Below are positions 28,001 through 43,028 of a stretch of 64,000 nt of DNA, one piece after another. Position 1 is the first letter of the stretch, and each line of letters begins with the position of its first letter. The notes beneath the pieces are model-generated. The model was not told the DNA's origin. It saw only the letters and a list, made by a program, of their open reading frames with translations, and made no database searches. Source of the stretch: the human T2T-CHM13v2.0 reference genome, Homo sapiens. Both the position numbers and the translations under genes were made by a program. Location: assembly GCF_009914755.1 (NCBI RefSeq), contig NC_060927.1, one strand, 5' to 3'.

Positions 28001-29388
28001 AAAATAAAAAGAAATGCCTTCTTTTTTTTCCTTCCACTCCTCACCCCACTACACAAAACAGTTAGTTGTAAAACCCTTAAAAGGGAAAAGGCCTGTGCAT
28101 TTGGTGTGTCTTAGGAATTTGGGAGACAGCGAAACTATGTGCCACTCCAGGGTAGTTTCATTGGGGAAGAGGCCTAGAAAGGATAGAGTTGTTTAAAAGA
28201 GAAAACAGGCTTCATCTCTAGAGCTTACAAAAAAGAGGACAAAGACTGTGGGGGAGCCAGTCTAGGTCTGAGACAAAACCCAGAGGACTTAACTGCAGAA
28301 AGCTTCCTGTGGTTCACAGTAGTCCTGGACTAACTAACTTTGAAATTCCAGGAGGAGAAGAGGGGCATTTGAGGCAATGTCCTTCCTATGTCCTAGGGAA
28401 CAGGGAAGCTTTGCAATGCATATGGAATATACTCTGCAGCTCTGGCAGACATCCTGCCTTGGGAATGACTTTCTTGCTTAAGCCAAAGACCTTGAAATGG
28501 AGACCTCATGTGTAAATATGTGCAAATGTTGAACTAAATTTATCCCATAAAATTTTTAGGAAACAACCTTGCCATGGATACAAGCTGTTGAATACATTAT
28601 CTGCTGGGGTTAACAGGGTTTCCTTCAGCAGAAATAAATAAATTAAGAGGAAGCACTGAAGGGTTGACTACTCCAGATTTGTCTTTAATAACATTCCATT
28701 AAAAATGATGGAAAGGCACAGCTCTCATAGCAATTCAGGCTCAGAGTGATGCTGTTCTCTTTCAGGCTCATGTCCTCAGATGAGGCTTCTATGGTTTTAA
28801 TCACTTCTCTTCCTCTAACTCACCCTCCTCCAGCTTTTTATCCCTTTCATTTTTTGGTCTGTCTTTCCATCTATCTGACTACGGCTCATTTACCTTGATT
28901 AGCAGAGGAACTGGTATCACATTTTTCCACAAGAACTAGTGATTTTAAACTATTTAGATCAAAAGTTACACAAATCATCTGTACCATGCAAAAGCAGAGG
29001 TTTGTTATAAAAAATTATGTTTGGCATCTAGCAAATTTTTATCAGTAGAAGAGCCTACTATTAAATATTAATGTCATTAACTTTTTCTAGTTCTGCATTG
29101 CCTACCTCCCATACCATGTGTATTATCTCTCAAGTTAAAAAAAAAAAAAAAAGGTAACTAGGGCCTAAAAGGTCTATGGAAAGGACACTGCCATCACCAG
29201 CTGTGACTCCCTCATCCCTTTCTATCTATAACCATCTAGAGATAAAATGGAATATTCCTCTCCAGTCTCTCATTGCTTCCCTTGTAATAGCCACTTATGG
29301 ATATAGCAAGAATTGGATGAAGTTGGTAGCGCTTTCTTGGAAGGTTTATATGTAATTTTTTTAAAGTTAACTGTTTAAGACTTGGTGA

Positions 29389-29422
29389 TGTGTGTGTGTG
29401 TATCTCTGTATGTGTGTGTGTA
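29389..29422. repeat. Imperfect (TG)n microsatellite
   Basis: TGTGTGTGTGTGTATCTCTGTATGTGTGTGTG. Confidence 0.85.
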
Positions 29423-31462
29423 CATGTATATGGAGGATAGTGTGTCACATGCAGAGAGAGTCATAAATGCATGTTTGCAGCTAACATGTTGGCATGGTTT
29501 TGCATTATGGAGATCAGGTCAAAACTGCTTAGCACTCCTCTGTGATTTTCCCACCTATAGCTCTCACAATGTGACCCTATAATATGAGAAGACGCACTCC
29601 CAAGCATGAAGACTTAATTTGCAATCCACACAAATCCCTCTGTCCAAGTGGGTTGAGGGCATAATAATCAGGCTCTCATACAGTAATGATGAGCGTTTGT
29701 GCATTCGGAAGAGCAGCTGCCTGTAAAATGTTTATTCCTTTTTGTGTGTGTTAAATCTGGCTCTATCACTTACTACAGCTTGGTGGATTTAACATTTCCT
29801 AAGACAAAAAGGTAAAGAGTAAAATATTAAGAATTCTGAAAGCAAACTCCACTAGAAGAATAAACCTGAAAAAGATAAATGTAGAAAAGGAATGAAATGT
29901 TAAAATATTCTCTCCTTACCTAATGGAAAAAATAGAAACCAAAATAAATGGCCATTTATCTAACTTTACCAACCTCATCACCAGCATATCCCAAAGTCCC
30001 ACCTCCAGTTTGATCATTTCATGCTCCAATCATTAACCTCACAATGCAGATTTCTCTGCCTGCTCTTATAGAGCTGTTAGTTTGCCCTCAACAAGAAGTG
30101 TTAATGGGCAGCCTCCCTGGCTAAGAACACTGCACAAGCCTCAGACTTTATGCAATTCCAAACCAGCTTGCTTAGACTCAGGAAGCATGATATTTCCTCT
30201 CCATTTCTAATAAATTTGACCTTGAAAGAGGACAGAGAGTGCTGCCTCTATAGAAGGGAGGCAAAAAGATTTAAAAAAAAGTAAGATACTATGACCATAT
30301 CAAAGAAGGCAGGTATGTTTCTTTTCTTTGTTTTAGAGTGAAGGAGGTAGAGCCTATGATCCTGGTGTCTTCAGTGTTTTGTTTATATTAGATGGAACGA
30401 ATAGGGAAAAGAGTAAGAAAAAAATGCAAACTAAGGCACATGGAGGTGGCACTCATGCTCTCTTTGGAGCAGAGGTAAACTACCCTTGAGCACCATCCCT
30501 GTCTTTCTGCCCATTCACATCTGCTGCTGCTTCTGTTTTCCTCTCTGAATGGATTCTCAAAGAAAAGACAGATGAGAGAAGGTATCGTTAATTGTGGGTA
30601 ACACAGAACAGTTGTTAGAGAAATGGCAGAACTGCCATTTAGCCAGTGCCTGCTCCCCCATCATGACCATTACAAGCAATGGATTAAAATGTGTGTTCAT
30701 TGCTTCACATATGGTTACTTTTACATTGTTGATTCTTCACTGGGGACCCATAGAGTGAAGATCGGTGAAACTTCTAATCTTCAAACTTTAAAAAGCTGAT
30801 TTAAAACTTCATTCCATTTATGCTGTTCTCTCCCTCACAAAGTCAGAAGGTTTCCTGTGATGACGTCCCGAAAATACTGAGAGTTTCAATTTGCTAACTT
30901 CCCCAAACATGCGGTATCTACATTTTTTCCCAGCCACTTTGATCTCTTGAGTTTACAGCACAGCACTATTCATTTTCCTGGCATAGACAGTGAGAATTTC
31001 TTTTGCTACCAAACCAGCTGGTAGAATGTTTTTCATAAGGGGACCTCAAACAATAGCTGTACTCTTCCAAAACTGTCTTAGTATTTATTAAGTTATTTCA
31101 ATACCAAAGAGAGACAAACAGTATGCCAGTTCATTTGAGAATAAATGAAGTTCAATTTTTTATAAATGTTTAAACCATTTCACACATAGTAAAACCAGAT
31201 CTGTGCTTTCCCAGTTTTAAATTCCATGAGTTTATTAGATTGGCTTGTAAGGATTTATGTTACAATACAGTGCACACTTAGAGATGGAAACTGAATTCAT
31301 AGAACCATGAGTTTTGTTTATTTATCATGTTTTATAAAATTTCATGAGAGAAACAATCAGTAGCATCTATAGCAATCAGAGAAAGCCTAACACAAAAGAA
31401 AACACACCAATTTATAAAAGAAAGGAGTAAATCAAGACTGGTATGTCTCTGAGATATAAATA

Positions 31463-31740
31463 AGCAGTTCTCAAAAACTGAAGGTAGGGACTTTCATTGT
31501 CAAACATTTGAAAACTGCTACACATTTTATTTTATTTTTTAGATATTCACAATGTACCATAACATATGAAAGGCTCTGAAAAGCCGTTTTCCTAAAACCT
31601 GTTTAATTTGCTTAATTTGTTTAAACAGCAATTTCTACCTGTATTTAACTTAGAACAAATTTTTTTTTCAAGAAAACAGAATATCCACTAACATTTACAG
31701 CATGCCTTAGTTTGTCATAACAAACTTAGAAAATGTTTGA
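31463..31740. mobile_element. Old hAT-Charlie DNA transposon relic (MER113-like)
   Basis: CAGTTCTCAAA...TTTGAAAACTGC inverted pair followed by ATATGAAAGGCTCTGAAAAG...AAACCTGTTTAA; family name tentative. Confidence 0.5.
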
Positions 31741-32694
31741 TTAGGTCAATGGCCAAATGGTGCTGCAAAGGCTGCTGAGGACCCACTGACTTTGCAATCA
31801 ATTTCCCCTACCTTTCTACTCTGTTCCTTTTATATATGCCACTGCCTAACTAGAGGCCCAGAAAACCCTTCTATCTGACCTTTTGTAAAGTCAGAGTGCC
31901 TCGGTGGTAAGATCCTATAAGTGAAATACATCATTCAATAGTCACTTTGTGGCACATTTAAATGGAAATTTTAGTTCACTGTCCCAGCACAAACCTGCTT
32001 ATTAAGTTTTTAATTATCAAATTGGCCATATTAAAAATTAACTCGATATGCTTATCAGTTTGCTACAAAGAAGAGAGTCACTCACGCTATCTTAGGAAAA
32101 GAGGATTTATTGTAAAGACATGTATAGCCTGAAGCTAAACCTGGATTAAAAAGCTATCACAGTACAAAGCAGCTGTATGAACTAGTTACTTGCCTCATCT
32201 CTTTTTCTCTTTGGATTTCCTCTATTTTCTCTTTTCATTAGTTGCTGGCTTATCCTCTTATATTTCCTAGCATAAATACCAGAAATGGCTACTCTGATTG
32301 ATTAGTAAATCATTAATTACCCTATTGTGTAGAGCTTTTTGTATCAATCAATCTGATGAATTCTAGAATGGCACCTTTGAGTGGGTATACAACTCCCTCA
32401 TTTAGTCAAAAAGATCTCTAATTCAAGTAGCCTATGGTGACTTTCAAGAAAAGGAATTGGAGTAGTAGCATTTTAGTTTATAGGAGACACTGTATGTGGT
32501 AGTTTCTTTCAATGTCATGTCCCTGCACACTGCCCCTTCTTACATTGACACAGGGAAAATATTAAATTTCACTCCTTATGTTGTAACACATTCAAAAACA
32601 AGTGGATATTAAAAATTGAAATCTGTAAGTTGAAGAATTCCCCCCCATCTTCCCCACTACATATGTAAAATTATCTAGACATAAAAGTACTTTT

Positions 32695-33028
<334 letters not shown>

Positions 33029-33579
33029 CTAGTTGATCTTTATGCCTCTAACTTATCCTTGATATAATCAATCAGCCCTATTGTCTGCTATTAAATTAAT
33101 CAAATTAATAATGGTTAAGACAAGCCAATGTTCTCTTAAAAAATCTCCTGTATCTCTTCTTGCACACATGGTCCCATCCAAACTCTAAAATTTCACTGAA
33201 GATGCTTCATATTCTGACTCTGAACTACATCTCTAAGTTTATGCACCCCTTATGTCCAACAAGAAACTGTTAATCTTCGCAATGGTTGCAAAAGACACCA
33301 GTCAAATTATCATGTTTATGTCTTTTCTCAAGTCATTATCTGTACTGGGCTTGTTCCTCTTTGTCTCCTTACCCCAATCTAACCTACTTACTCCTTTGAA
33401 TATATATGCTCCAACTTATAAATCTGTGCCTTTCTAATTAGAGTTCACATATATGGATAGGTGAATTGGAAACAAAATTGAAGAGAAGATAACAGTCAGC
33501 TTAGATTTTCTGGGAGTATAGCTAGGTCTTTGAGGACTCTGCCATATGGTTTGGCCATATGGGCAGACGATGTTGAATT

Positions 33580-33760
33580 TGACCAAAAGCACTGGCTTAG
33601 AAGTCATGAGATCTGGGCTCTAATCCCAGATATGCTACTAACAAACCATTTAACCTTGGGCAAGACGCTTAACCTCCGTGGGTTTCGGTATCTTCACCTG
33701 CAAAATAAGTGCTTTGGCCTAGATGATACTTGGAATGTTTTCAATTTCTCATATTCTATG
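33580..33760 (+). mobile_element. MIR fragment
   Basis: AAAGCACTGGCTTAGAAGTCATGAGATCTGGGCTCTAATCCCAG...ACCTTGGGCAAG...CTTAACCTC. Confidence 0.8.
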
Positions 33761-35659
33761 AGACCAGGATAGATGTTTTGTTCTAATTATTAGTTGGCTT
33801 CAACTGGTTTGCTACAGATAACATTAGATTGGGAAATGACCTGAGTTAGAATAGGGGGTAGGGATCTATCTAAACTTTCACTTCAGATCTATAAGTGAGC
33901 TTTGATGGTTTCTTTCTTTCCTCCCATATGGCCCAGGTGTTTCTGATGCCCCATTGTAACTTCCCACACTCATCATGGCTTTAGATTGACTCTAAGGTAC
34001 TTGAAACATTGGCAGTGACCCCCATTTGTAAAACAGACACATCCATTTTCAGGCCACACTTTAGAAGTTGCATAAACCTGAAGTTTTTCTGGAAAAATAA
34101 TCCTTAATTCACACAAAGAAGTGCCCAGCAGAGCTCCTGTTTTTATAGAGAAATCTGCCAGGCAACAACTGTTTGGACTTTTGGTCTTTATCTCTTTTCT
34201 TATTCTCTTCTTCATTACTACAAATTTCCCAAGCTTTAAGATCACCACTCAGCAATCATCAACATAAAATGGTACCACTCGCAAAAGATGTACAAGAAAC
34301 AGTATTTTTTCACCTGACTTTCAGAGCAGTGAGTTAATTTAAAATTTATCTTTGGTAATCTCCCCTACTTCTTTTATTTATTTCATTTCTGCAGTTTAGA
34401 TGGAATGTACATTTTATAATTAAATACAAGTAGGAAATAATATCACACTGACAAGGCTCCTAATCTCCTCAATATATTAACAGTCCGTGCATCAAGTCAA
34501 CTCATCTTTAATCCTGGGTCTCACTACGCAAAAGCAGCACATAAGAATGAAAAGAAGATGATTCCAGCCATAACTTCTCAAATGGTGATTTCAGGACAAA
34601 AACTGTGTGGAAATGATGTAAATAAATCATTAATAAATAAGGATAAATGACATTGTATAAATGTGTGCTGCCTATATCAGAGGGTTAGAAAAAATACCAC
34701 TAGGAAACAGAAAATCAGGTCTCTAATCTGAACCCAGCCATTATTTAACTATAAAATCTTGAGCAAATGCACCCAGTGAATTTTCCAGGGTTGTCCTGAG
34801 AAATCAATAGGGCAAGGGGGACCATTGGAGTTTATAATTTGTGGCGGGCTTTACAAATGTACGATTTTGTTTATAGATCTTTTGTTCAACTCAGTGTACT
34901 TGATCTGGCCTCCTGACTGGTGATCCACAGTATCAAAATTAACACTAAAAAATGACTTCACAAATGATTTTGGTTCCCAGCCTCATTTGCCATGGAAGAT
35001 AACTGAAGCTCGCAAGGTTAAATGGTTTGCTCACATAGTTTCTTTGTTGTCCTGAAAGTGTTCATTCAGAACACAGTGAACCTAAGGGCATGTAAGGGTA
35101 AAACTCAAAATAATATGAATGTGCAATAAACCAAAGACTATCCCATTAACCTTTTTTAGTCCATATCCTGTGGGAGGGTTACCTCTTGAAACCTGCTATG
35201 TCAGCCTTAACAAAAGGAAGCAGAAACTATTTCTTTCTCTATTTATTTCCTTTCCATGTCATGAATGAACACCAGCCCAAAGAGGTTCATTTTAACACCT
35301 TCACCCTATCATATGTACCATAATTTTCTTCAGAATGCTCATGTTTGGCTTTTTTCCCTGTGAGATAAGAACATCTCTTTTGGATGTCCAATGTTACTGG
35401 TTCTGCTACCAAGGTGATTTCTATTTCAAAGGTCTTGATCCTCAGTACTAGATCCATATTGTATTCACACCAGGGAACTTTACCAAGGATGTATCTGATA
35501 TCCATATAAGGATATCCCTTCATTTTAAATTCTAATGGTGGGCATCAGTTGTCCTGAAGATTGCCCTGAAACCTAAAAACTTTGCAAATTATGAAGGGCT
35601 ATACAAAGGTAGAATAATAATGTTTTATTTTCTATTTTCATTAAATACTTTTTTTTAAA

Positions 35660-36120
35660 GGTGAGAAACAAAGTAGAGAGACAGGCAGAAATCCCAACTG
35701 TTCTTAACTTACAAGATGGGGGTTAAGAAATACTGTATATGGTTCATAGAACAAAAAAATGGAGGATTGAATTTAGTCGCAGACAGTTCATACAGAGGTG
35801 ACTAGTGAAATAATTGAGATGAGATTTATTATCATATTGAGTTAGGAAAATGAGGGCATAGTTTGAATAAGCAAAGTTGTTATCTATTATAACATGAAAT
35901 CAATAGATATTATCTAAAGTTAATAAATATATAGGCATCAGCATAAGCACTATAGTGAGATATATGGAGTTATTCAGCATAATAATTAAACCAGAACTGA
36001 AACTGTTAAAAGTGGGAAGTAAGATTCCGAGTTGGGGGTAAGGCAGGAATTGTTCTATACTTTGACGGTTTTAGTTATATGCATGTATTATTTTGAATGC
36101 ACAAATAAACACTAAAAAAT
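35660..36120 (+). mobile_element. Old L1M 3' UTR remnant
   Basis: AATAGATATTATCTAAAGTTAATAAAT...AACTGTTAAAAGTGG resembles L1MC-class 3' ends; tentative. Confidence 0.45.
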
Positions 36121-38675
36121 GTACTCTTTTCTCTCTCAGGTGACATGCAACATAATGATACACTATACATATATACTATATGTATATACTATATACTACA
36201 TGTATGAGGACAGCTATGTGTCCTCAGTATGTATTAGTCATTTACTTCATTGGTTGTTTGATTCTCTAGCTGAAAGGATGAATAAATGAATAATTGAATA
36301 CATGATAGAATGTGTAATAATGATGATGATCATCATCACTTTCAATCTGCACCTCCCACACACACGCCCCTACTACCACCAGGGTGTAAAAAAGCCAGAC
36401 CCATAGGTAGCTGGGGTACAACTACTTGACATTGAACACTGGCACCAATCAGTCCACTCAGTGGATTATTCACATGAAGATTGTCAACTATTAATGGTTG
36501 AATTTCATAAAATAGGCTGGAAGGACAATGTTTGGAAAATAATATTTCTATGCAATTTGGGGTCTTGATTTTACTACAATTATTCCAAATGTTGACTGCT
36601 GAGTCTTACTACAGTTTACTAAAGGATTTGAATGTTCTAGGATTCAGAAATAAGAACAATAATCACCTCTATTTCAGAAAAGTCATTTTATAAAAAATGA
36701 ATAAAAGCATATGAAAATCAATCTGAAATAAAAAGAAATCCTTTAACAGACTCTTATAATAAAGAACAAAGATTTTTTTTGGTTACCATAGCAGCAGTGA
36801 TTTTTAAATACTATTCATACAAATTTCAGCATTATAGTAATCAGTGTTTCCTATTGTGCCTCAAAATATTAAAAGTAACACACAACGTTACAAGCTTAGA
36901 TCGCCATTTAAATTTAAATATTAAGAAATGTTATGAAGCTAAAATTAATTTATATATTCTGTGGATAATATTTGATGTGGGATATTTATTATAGAAGCAG
37001 CCATTTCACCATTAACATGAAATAACATAGGTAACCTGCACTTAACTTTCAAACCTGCTGTGATTAGGCATGGGGAATAGTGAAGGAGGGTGACAGAGTG
37101 TGTAAAATTCAATTTGTCACCAACTGAACTTACAGCATTTATACTGACTGCAAGCCAGACCAGAGGAGTTATAGCAACTGCATAGTTCTTACAATCTTTT
37201 CCCAAAGTTCAATTAAAACTCATCGTCAAGAGAGCAGGAAATAAAAAACTAATAGAACTGACTTTATCTTTTGGCTTTAGGGGGTATAAGAATGTCCCTG
37301 TATGGAACACAAAAGATTGATGAAATACTAAAAGAAAGAAAATGATAAAATAGGACATGAAAATCATATCTTTATAGTTGAGAGAAAAAGAAAAAGTAGC
37401 CAGAATTGGCATTGTGTATTTACCCTACTCGAGGGGGAATCATACATCTGGCCAAGGCTAAAGGAATTTTTAAATTCTGAATAAAAGTAAGGATGAGGGG
37501 AGCCTCTTTTTGCTGATTTCTATTTTCTATCTGCAAGAACTTCCAGTACAATGATACCTTGGCCTTATGACTCTCCAAGATTGAGTTATTTCAATATCGG
37601 GTGACATTCGTGGATCCACATTTCCTGACTGGCTGGAACTAATCTATTTAAAATTTGCTAGCTATAGGAATTTATTTTTTCCTCATCTTGAACAGCATAA
37701 AGCTATAATTCTAGGTAAGTGTACACATTCTATAGATTTAAACTTTCTATTATGTGGTCAGTCCCAAGGTCTAGTCACCAGGAACAGAGGGAATTGGAGG
37801 GAGATAGAAGGGACAGAAAGTGTTAGCATGTCCTTCTAGTCACAGTTCTATAGCTCCATTCTTTAGTTGGCATTATTGCTAATACTAAAATCACCATCTC
37901 ATATCAGAAGAGACAGAGGAGATATCTGTCTTTGTGTCTTGTGTCTTAATTGAATTAGAATTTAGAAGGGGAACAAAAAGGTATTATGTATTGACCCTCC
38001 AAGTCCCAAAAAGGAAGCTTCTATGACTATTTTGTTATGTAAATAGATGCATAAATGAGATACCCTGTGAGAAAACATAATAAACTCCCACAGTTCAGAC
38101 TTCAGATTAAGAAGGGGACTAGAGTGTTATTTGTGCCTTTAGAATAGTACATTAGGAAATTTATGTACTTGCTTGTATAAATTTGGATGAGACATTAAAA
38201 TCTAGGTTATAATAAAACACTCATTCCCGCTAAGTTTAAAAGTCCATGTCTGTGTGTGCTGGAAGAGCTGAAACACTGTGAATATGAATACGGTCACCAT
38301 AACCAATTCATAGATGGAAAAATCAAATCAATTGCTAGAGCCTGAAATGAACAGCTATTGTCGTAGCTCTCTACTCTCTTAGCTAATTCCGTCCCAGTCT
38401 TTGAAACTTTGAGTGTAAAGAAGACTTTCTTCTTAGCTGTATTGAACAGGACAAAGCTGCTACATTTTCTGGATTATTTAAACCCCAAAGGCTTTATTTT
38501 ACTGTAAAAATATTCTGCAAACAACCCCCACTGAAAGGGATTTGGTTAAGAGCAGCCCAGAACTATACTGTTTGACCACAGCAATATTTGCTTTGTTCAA
38601 GCAAGGGAGTGTCCAACAGGGTTCTTCAGGTGTCAGGCTTACACAGAACAATGATTTATCTTTAAGAAACCCATA

Positions 38676-38986
<311 letters not shown>

Positions 38987-41900
38987 CTACTCCTATGGGT
39001 AATACATTATACCCAGAATTGTGGGAAATTCAAAGTTGAAGGCATAACCCTTACGCCATGGAGGACCTTGGAATCTGCAACCATGAAAGAACATGGAAAA
39101 ATAGTCCAAATTTGTTATTACATAAACAAGAAGGCAGTCCTGTGGAACTTAAATGACAAGCCCCAGATCATAGTTTTAGGGGCTGATCTAAATTAAAAAC
39201 AACATGTTCTGAATGTCCTCATAGGATTCTTTTCCTCGTATCTCTTGCCTATCTTTGAAGAAGTAAAAAGTATGGAAAGAAATATGTCAGGATTCTGAGC
39301 ATCAAGGACTGTGCTTCTTAATTTTCTATGGAGTCTACAAACAAAACAAAATGTTGTGACTAGGTTTCTTGTGGATCCCAGTGAAGGGAATGAATCCTGT
39401 ATTTAAATTGAAAACAGGTGAAAGAGAGATTGGCTATATAGATAGAAGATGTAGAGGTGAAGAAAACTAAGAAAATAAATCCATGGGAATTATTAATAAT
39501 CTTCAAAAGGGGTCACTGAAATCTTGGAGAGACCATTGAACTTTTCCAGGATTGGATATTATTGGGGTGGTCAAAGAAATTCACCCTAGATAACAAAGGA
39601 TAGTGAGATCCCTAGCTGACATCAGAGGTATGACATCACCTTGTCTTCTAAAGAAAATACTGTATGATTATTTAAAAACATAAACTTTCTTTGATACATG
39701 AAACCTTTATGTTATCCCTTTGGAAACAAAATGACATTTTTTCTTGTACAGGTGATAATATATGATACCATATTTTCTATTGACTTGACATACTGTACCT
39801 AAAATTTAAATGCCAAGTTTGGGGTTGAATATATACCATCCTACATTTCAATCCATTTACCTTATTTTTGTCAGTCTTATCCTGGAAATGTCTTTCTGGA
39901 TAGACTGAGAAAAACAAAACAAAACATGGGGTGATTTGAAGACACTAAAAAATTGATAAAAGTCAACTAACTTTTCTGTACATTGGTTTATTTGTATGTA
40001 ATAAAAATAAAATAGGTGAAAATTATTTTTTAGGAAATAAATATTCATCCTTTGCACTTATAGGATGAGTGAAAAAACACAGTATTTTAGTTTTGCTCAT
40101 GTTTTCTAATTTTATCTTCATTATATTTCTTCAGTGATACCCTGTTGACCAACACCCTTTCTCCTCTTCCAGAATCCACTAATTCTGTAGTCATACCAGC
40201 TTTCCTGCTTCTTGGCTCTATCTCCTTTATCTTCCTTATGCATGGCATCTCTGGCAGCCAAATAATCTTCCAAAAGGCATGCTTCTTCAACAATTCCTCA
40301 ACGTATGTTCTGTTTCTCTTTATCATTCATCTAGGTGTCTGTCTATCTATCTATAAATCCATCTAGCTATCCATTGTGCTTTTGTTGCAGACACAGATAC
40401 CTAAAATATAATACAACAATTGACTTACTCTCTCTTGGAAGCTAAAGAAACCTTCTGTCTAATTCTTCTCTTCTGGTTCCAACAGAAATCCCTGCAGAGC
40501 CACGGACAGAAGGGAGAGACCCTCCTTCTGTTTCCCTCTCTAGTTTTCTGCCCAAAATCATGCCCAGTTTTAGCAAGTAAATCATGGACTTAAAACCAGC
40601 AGCTTTATATTTGCTGGCTCCACATGTCTGAATGCATTTGAGAGATGTATGTGTTCAGAAGGGGGAAAAAAAAAACTGGGAGTTAGGAGGCTTTTCTCTG
40701 ATTTCTGGAGTTTGCTGGAGAAGGGGAGGAGGAAGAGAAAGCACAGAGATACCAAGGATCTTGGACAATATTGTTCAGTAGAAAATGTATTTCTGTGGTC
40801 TCTTATCAATCTATAAAGATGTAGTCATTAATCTGTGACATAGGGAGAAAAATAGCTCCATAGAATTGTTTCCTTATCTATCAAAGTATGTTATATATGT
40901 TTTGAGAACTAATTTCAAGGCACAGTTTCACTTTATTTTCTATTCTTTTTCTTGTTGGAGACAGAAATAATTTTCAAGTTGGGCTTAATTAAGCACTTAC
41001 AATTTTTGAATTCACACGAGCCTATCTAGAGATACTGGTTTATTTCCCGTTATATTTAGAGTTTCTGCTTCTGTGCCAGGTCCTTATAGCAAGCAGAAGG
41101 AACAGACACAATCTATCTTTGTAGAGGTTTTCAAAATTGAGCAATGTATACCCTTACATGTGGGTATTTGCCAAACACTTAAGGACTTATGAAGAAAGGG
41201 GTGTGGGGAGTGGGAAAGAGAATGGAACCAAAATTTTAAAAAAGATATATTTTTGGCCAGCAGAAATGATAGAGTAACATAGCCTTATGCAAATGTCTCA
41301 GAGCACAGAGTCTTTTTAAGCAATGAGCTGAAAGTTGTTTTTTGTCTTCACCATTTAAGTATTCTGCCCTTTCAATGTCCCTAGACAATGACCACCCACA
41401 AGACCTTGAACTGGGGAATTGGGAGAAGTAGAAACGACATGACTGAATTCTTCCAAAACAGCTGTGGGTAGGAGAAGGATTACTATTGACATGCTAAAAG
41501 GTCACTGATGTATAATCTGAGACAGGTAGAGCCTAAAGGAGACAGAGTCTCACGTACTGGAAACAGGATTGATGGAGAGTAAATTCTTAGCAAATATTAC
41601 GAAAACACTGTCAAAAGATTCTGCAGAACCACACGAACATGGTCACTCTTTCAATATCCACTGACTGACTGAGAAAGTACACAATGACAAAAAGTCACTA
41701 TGCCTTCAGAAATACTTTTAATTAATCTGAATTGTGCTCATTGTAAAATGTACTTACACTGAGAATAATAGCAATACAAATATAAATTAGGCTTGCTCTT
41801 TATTCTACGTACAGAAGTTTCTGGGTATATAGATGGTTTCGAGACTCTGAAATATTTATCTGGCTCTCCAGGTTTCAGAATCACTGGACCATTAGACCAC

Positions 41901-42697
41901 ATCAGCACTGGACCCAGCTAAAGGGCAGAGATTCAGAGATCCCCAACTGTGACTAGTTGTGCAAGAAGCATGCAGAATGATGAGAAACCTACAGCTCAGA
42001 AAAGAAACAAATCGTCTATATGGAAGTCCAGTCTTGCTGTGGAAAGGCTCAGAAAAACAAGACCCTTAGCATATCTCAGGGAACTGAAAGGCTGTGGGGA
42101 AACCAACAGCTTGCTGCAACCACAGCCACAAGTCAGGTAAGCATTGAGCCTGACAGCTCAGGAAAATGACCCACTTCTTGCCAACTCAGACAAAAAGGCT
42201 TCACTTAGGCCTAGGGAAACTGTCTCTAATAAGGCCATCTGTTAACCGTGTCGCCTGAGTCCCTCTCAGCAATTCCTCATTCCCTCCCTTTCCACCTTCC
42301 ACCCTGAAGCCAGACATTAAGGCAGCAGAGACTGAGTAAAATCAAGCTGTTGGGCTCAGTAAACATTACTGAGCTCCATGAGGGAACACGGTCCCATTTT
42401 TTAGGTTCCCATGTCCAAGGCACATTTTGATCACATTCATTTAGCAGAGAGGTGAAGGAAGAAAGCATGCTGGCTGTGCAGCAGCATCGTGCTGCATCCC
42501 CTTGCTTAGGCAAAGTCATAACAGACAGCAAAAAATAAGAACTTGGCTACAGTTCCCAAGGGTTTGAACCTGAATACACAGAACACGAGAAACCACACAA
42601 CTCAGGAAGAAAGCACTGGGCAAGTGTTCAGAGGCCTTATTGACAATGGGCCCGCTCTCCTATTGACTTGATTTGTAACACATAAAGTCACTTAAAT

Positions 42698-43028
42698 CAG
42701 GGGTCCCCAGCCCCATACTGGTCTGTGCCCTGTTAGGAACCCAGCTGCACAGCAGGAGGTAAGGGGCAGGCCTGAGCTCCACCTCCTGTCAGATCAGCAG
42801 CAGCATTAGATCCTCATAGGAGCGTGAACCCTTTTGTGAACTGCGCATATGAAGGATCTAGGTTGCATGCTTCTTATGAGAATCTAACTAATACCTGATG
42901 ATCTGAGACTCTAACTAATACTTGATGATCTGAAGTTTCATCCCAAAACCACTCCCCCTACCCCAGTTTGTGGAAAAATCGCCTTCTATGAAACCAGCCC
43001 CTGGTGCCAAAAAGTTTGGGGATGGCTG
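42698..43028. mobile_element. MER1B-like hAT-Charlie MITE
   Basis: CAGGGGTCCCC...TGTTAGGAACC...CTCCTGTCAGATCAGC...GGTGCCAAAAAGTTTGGGGATGGCTG; 8-bp TSD ACTTAAA(T/C). Confidence 0.9.
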
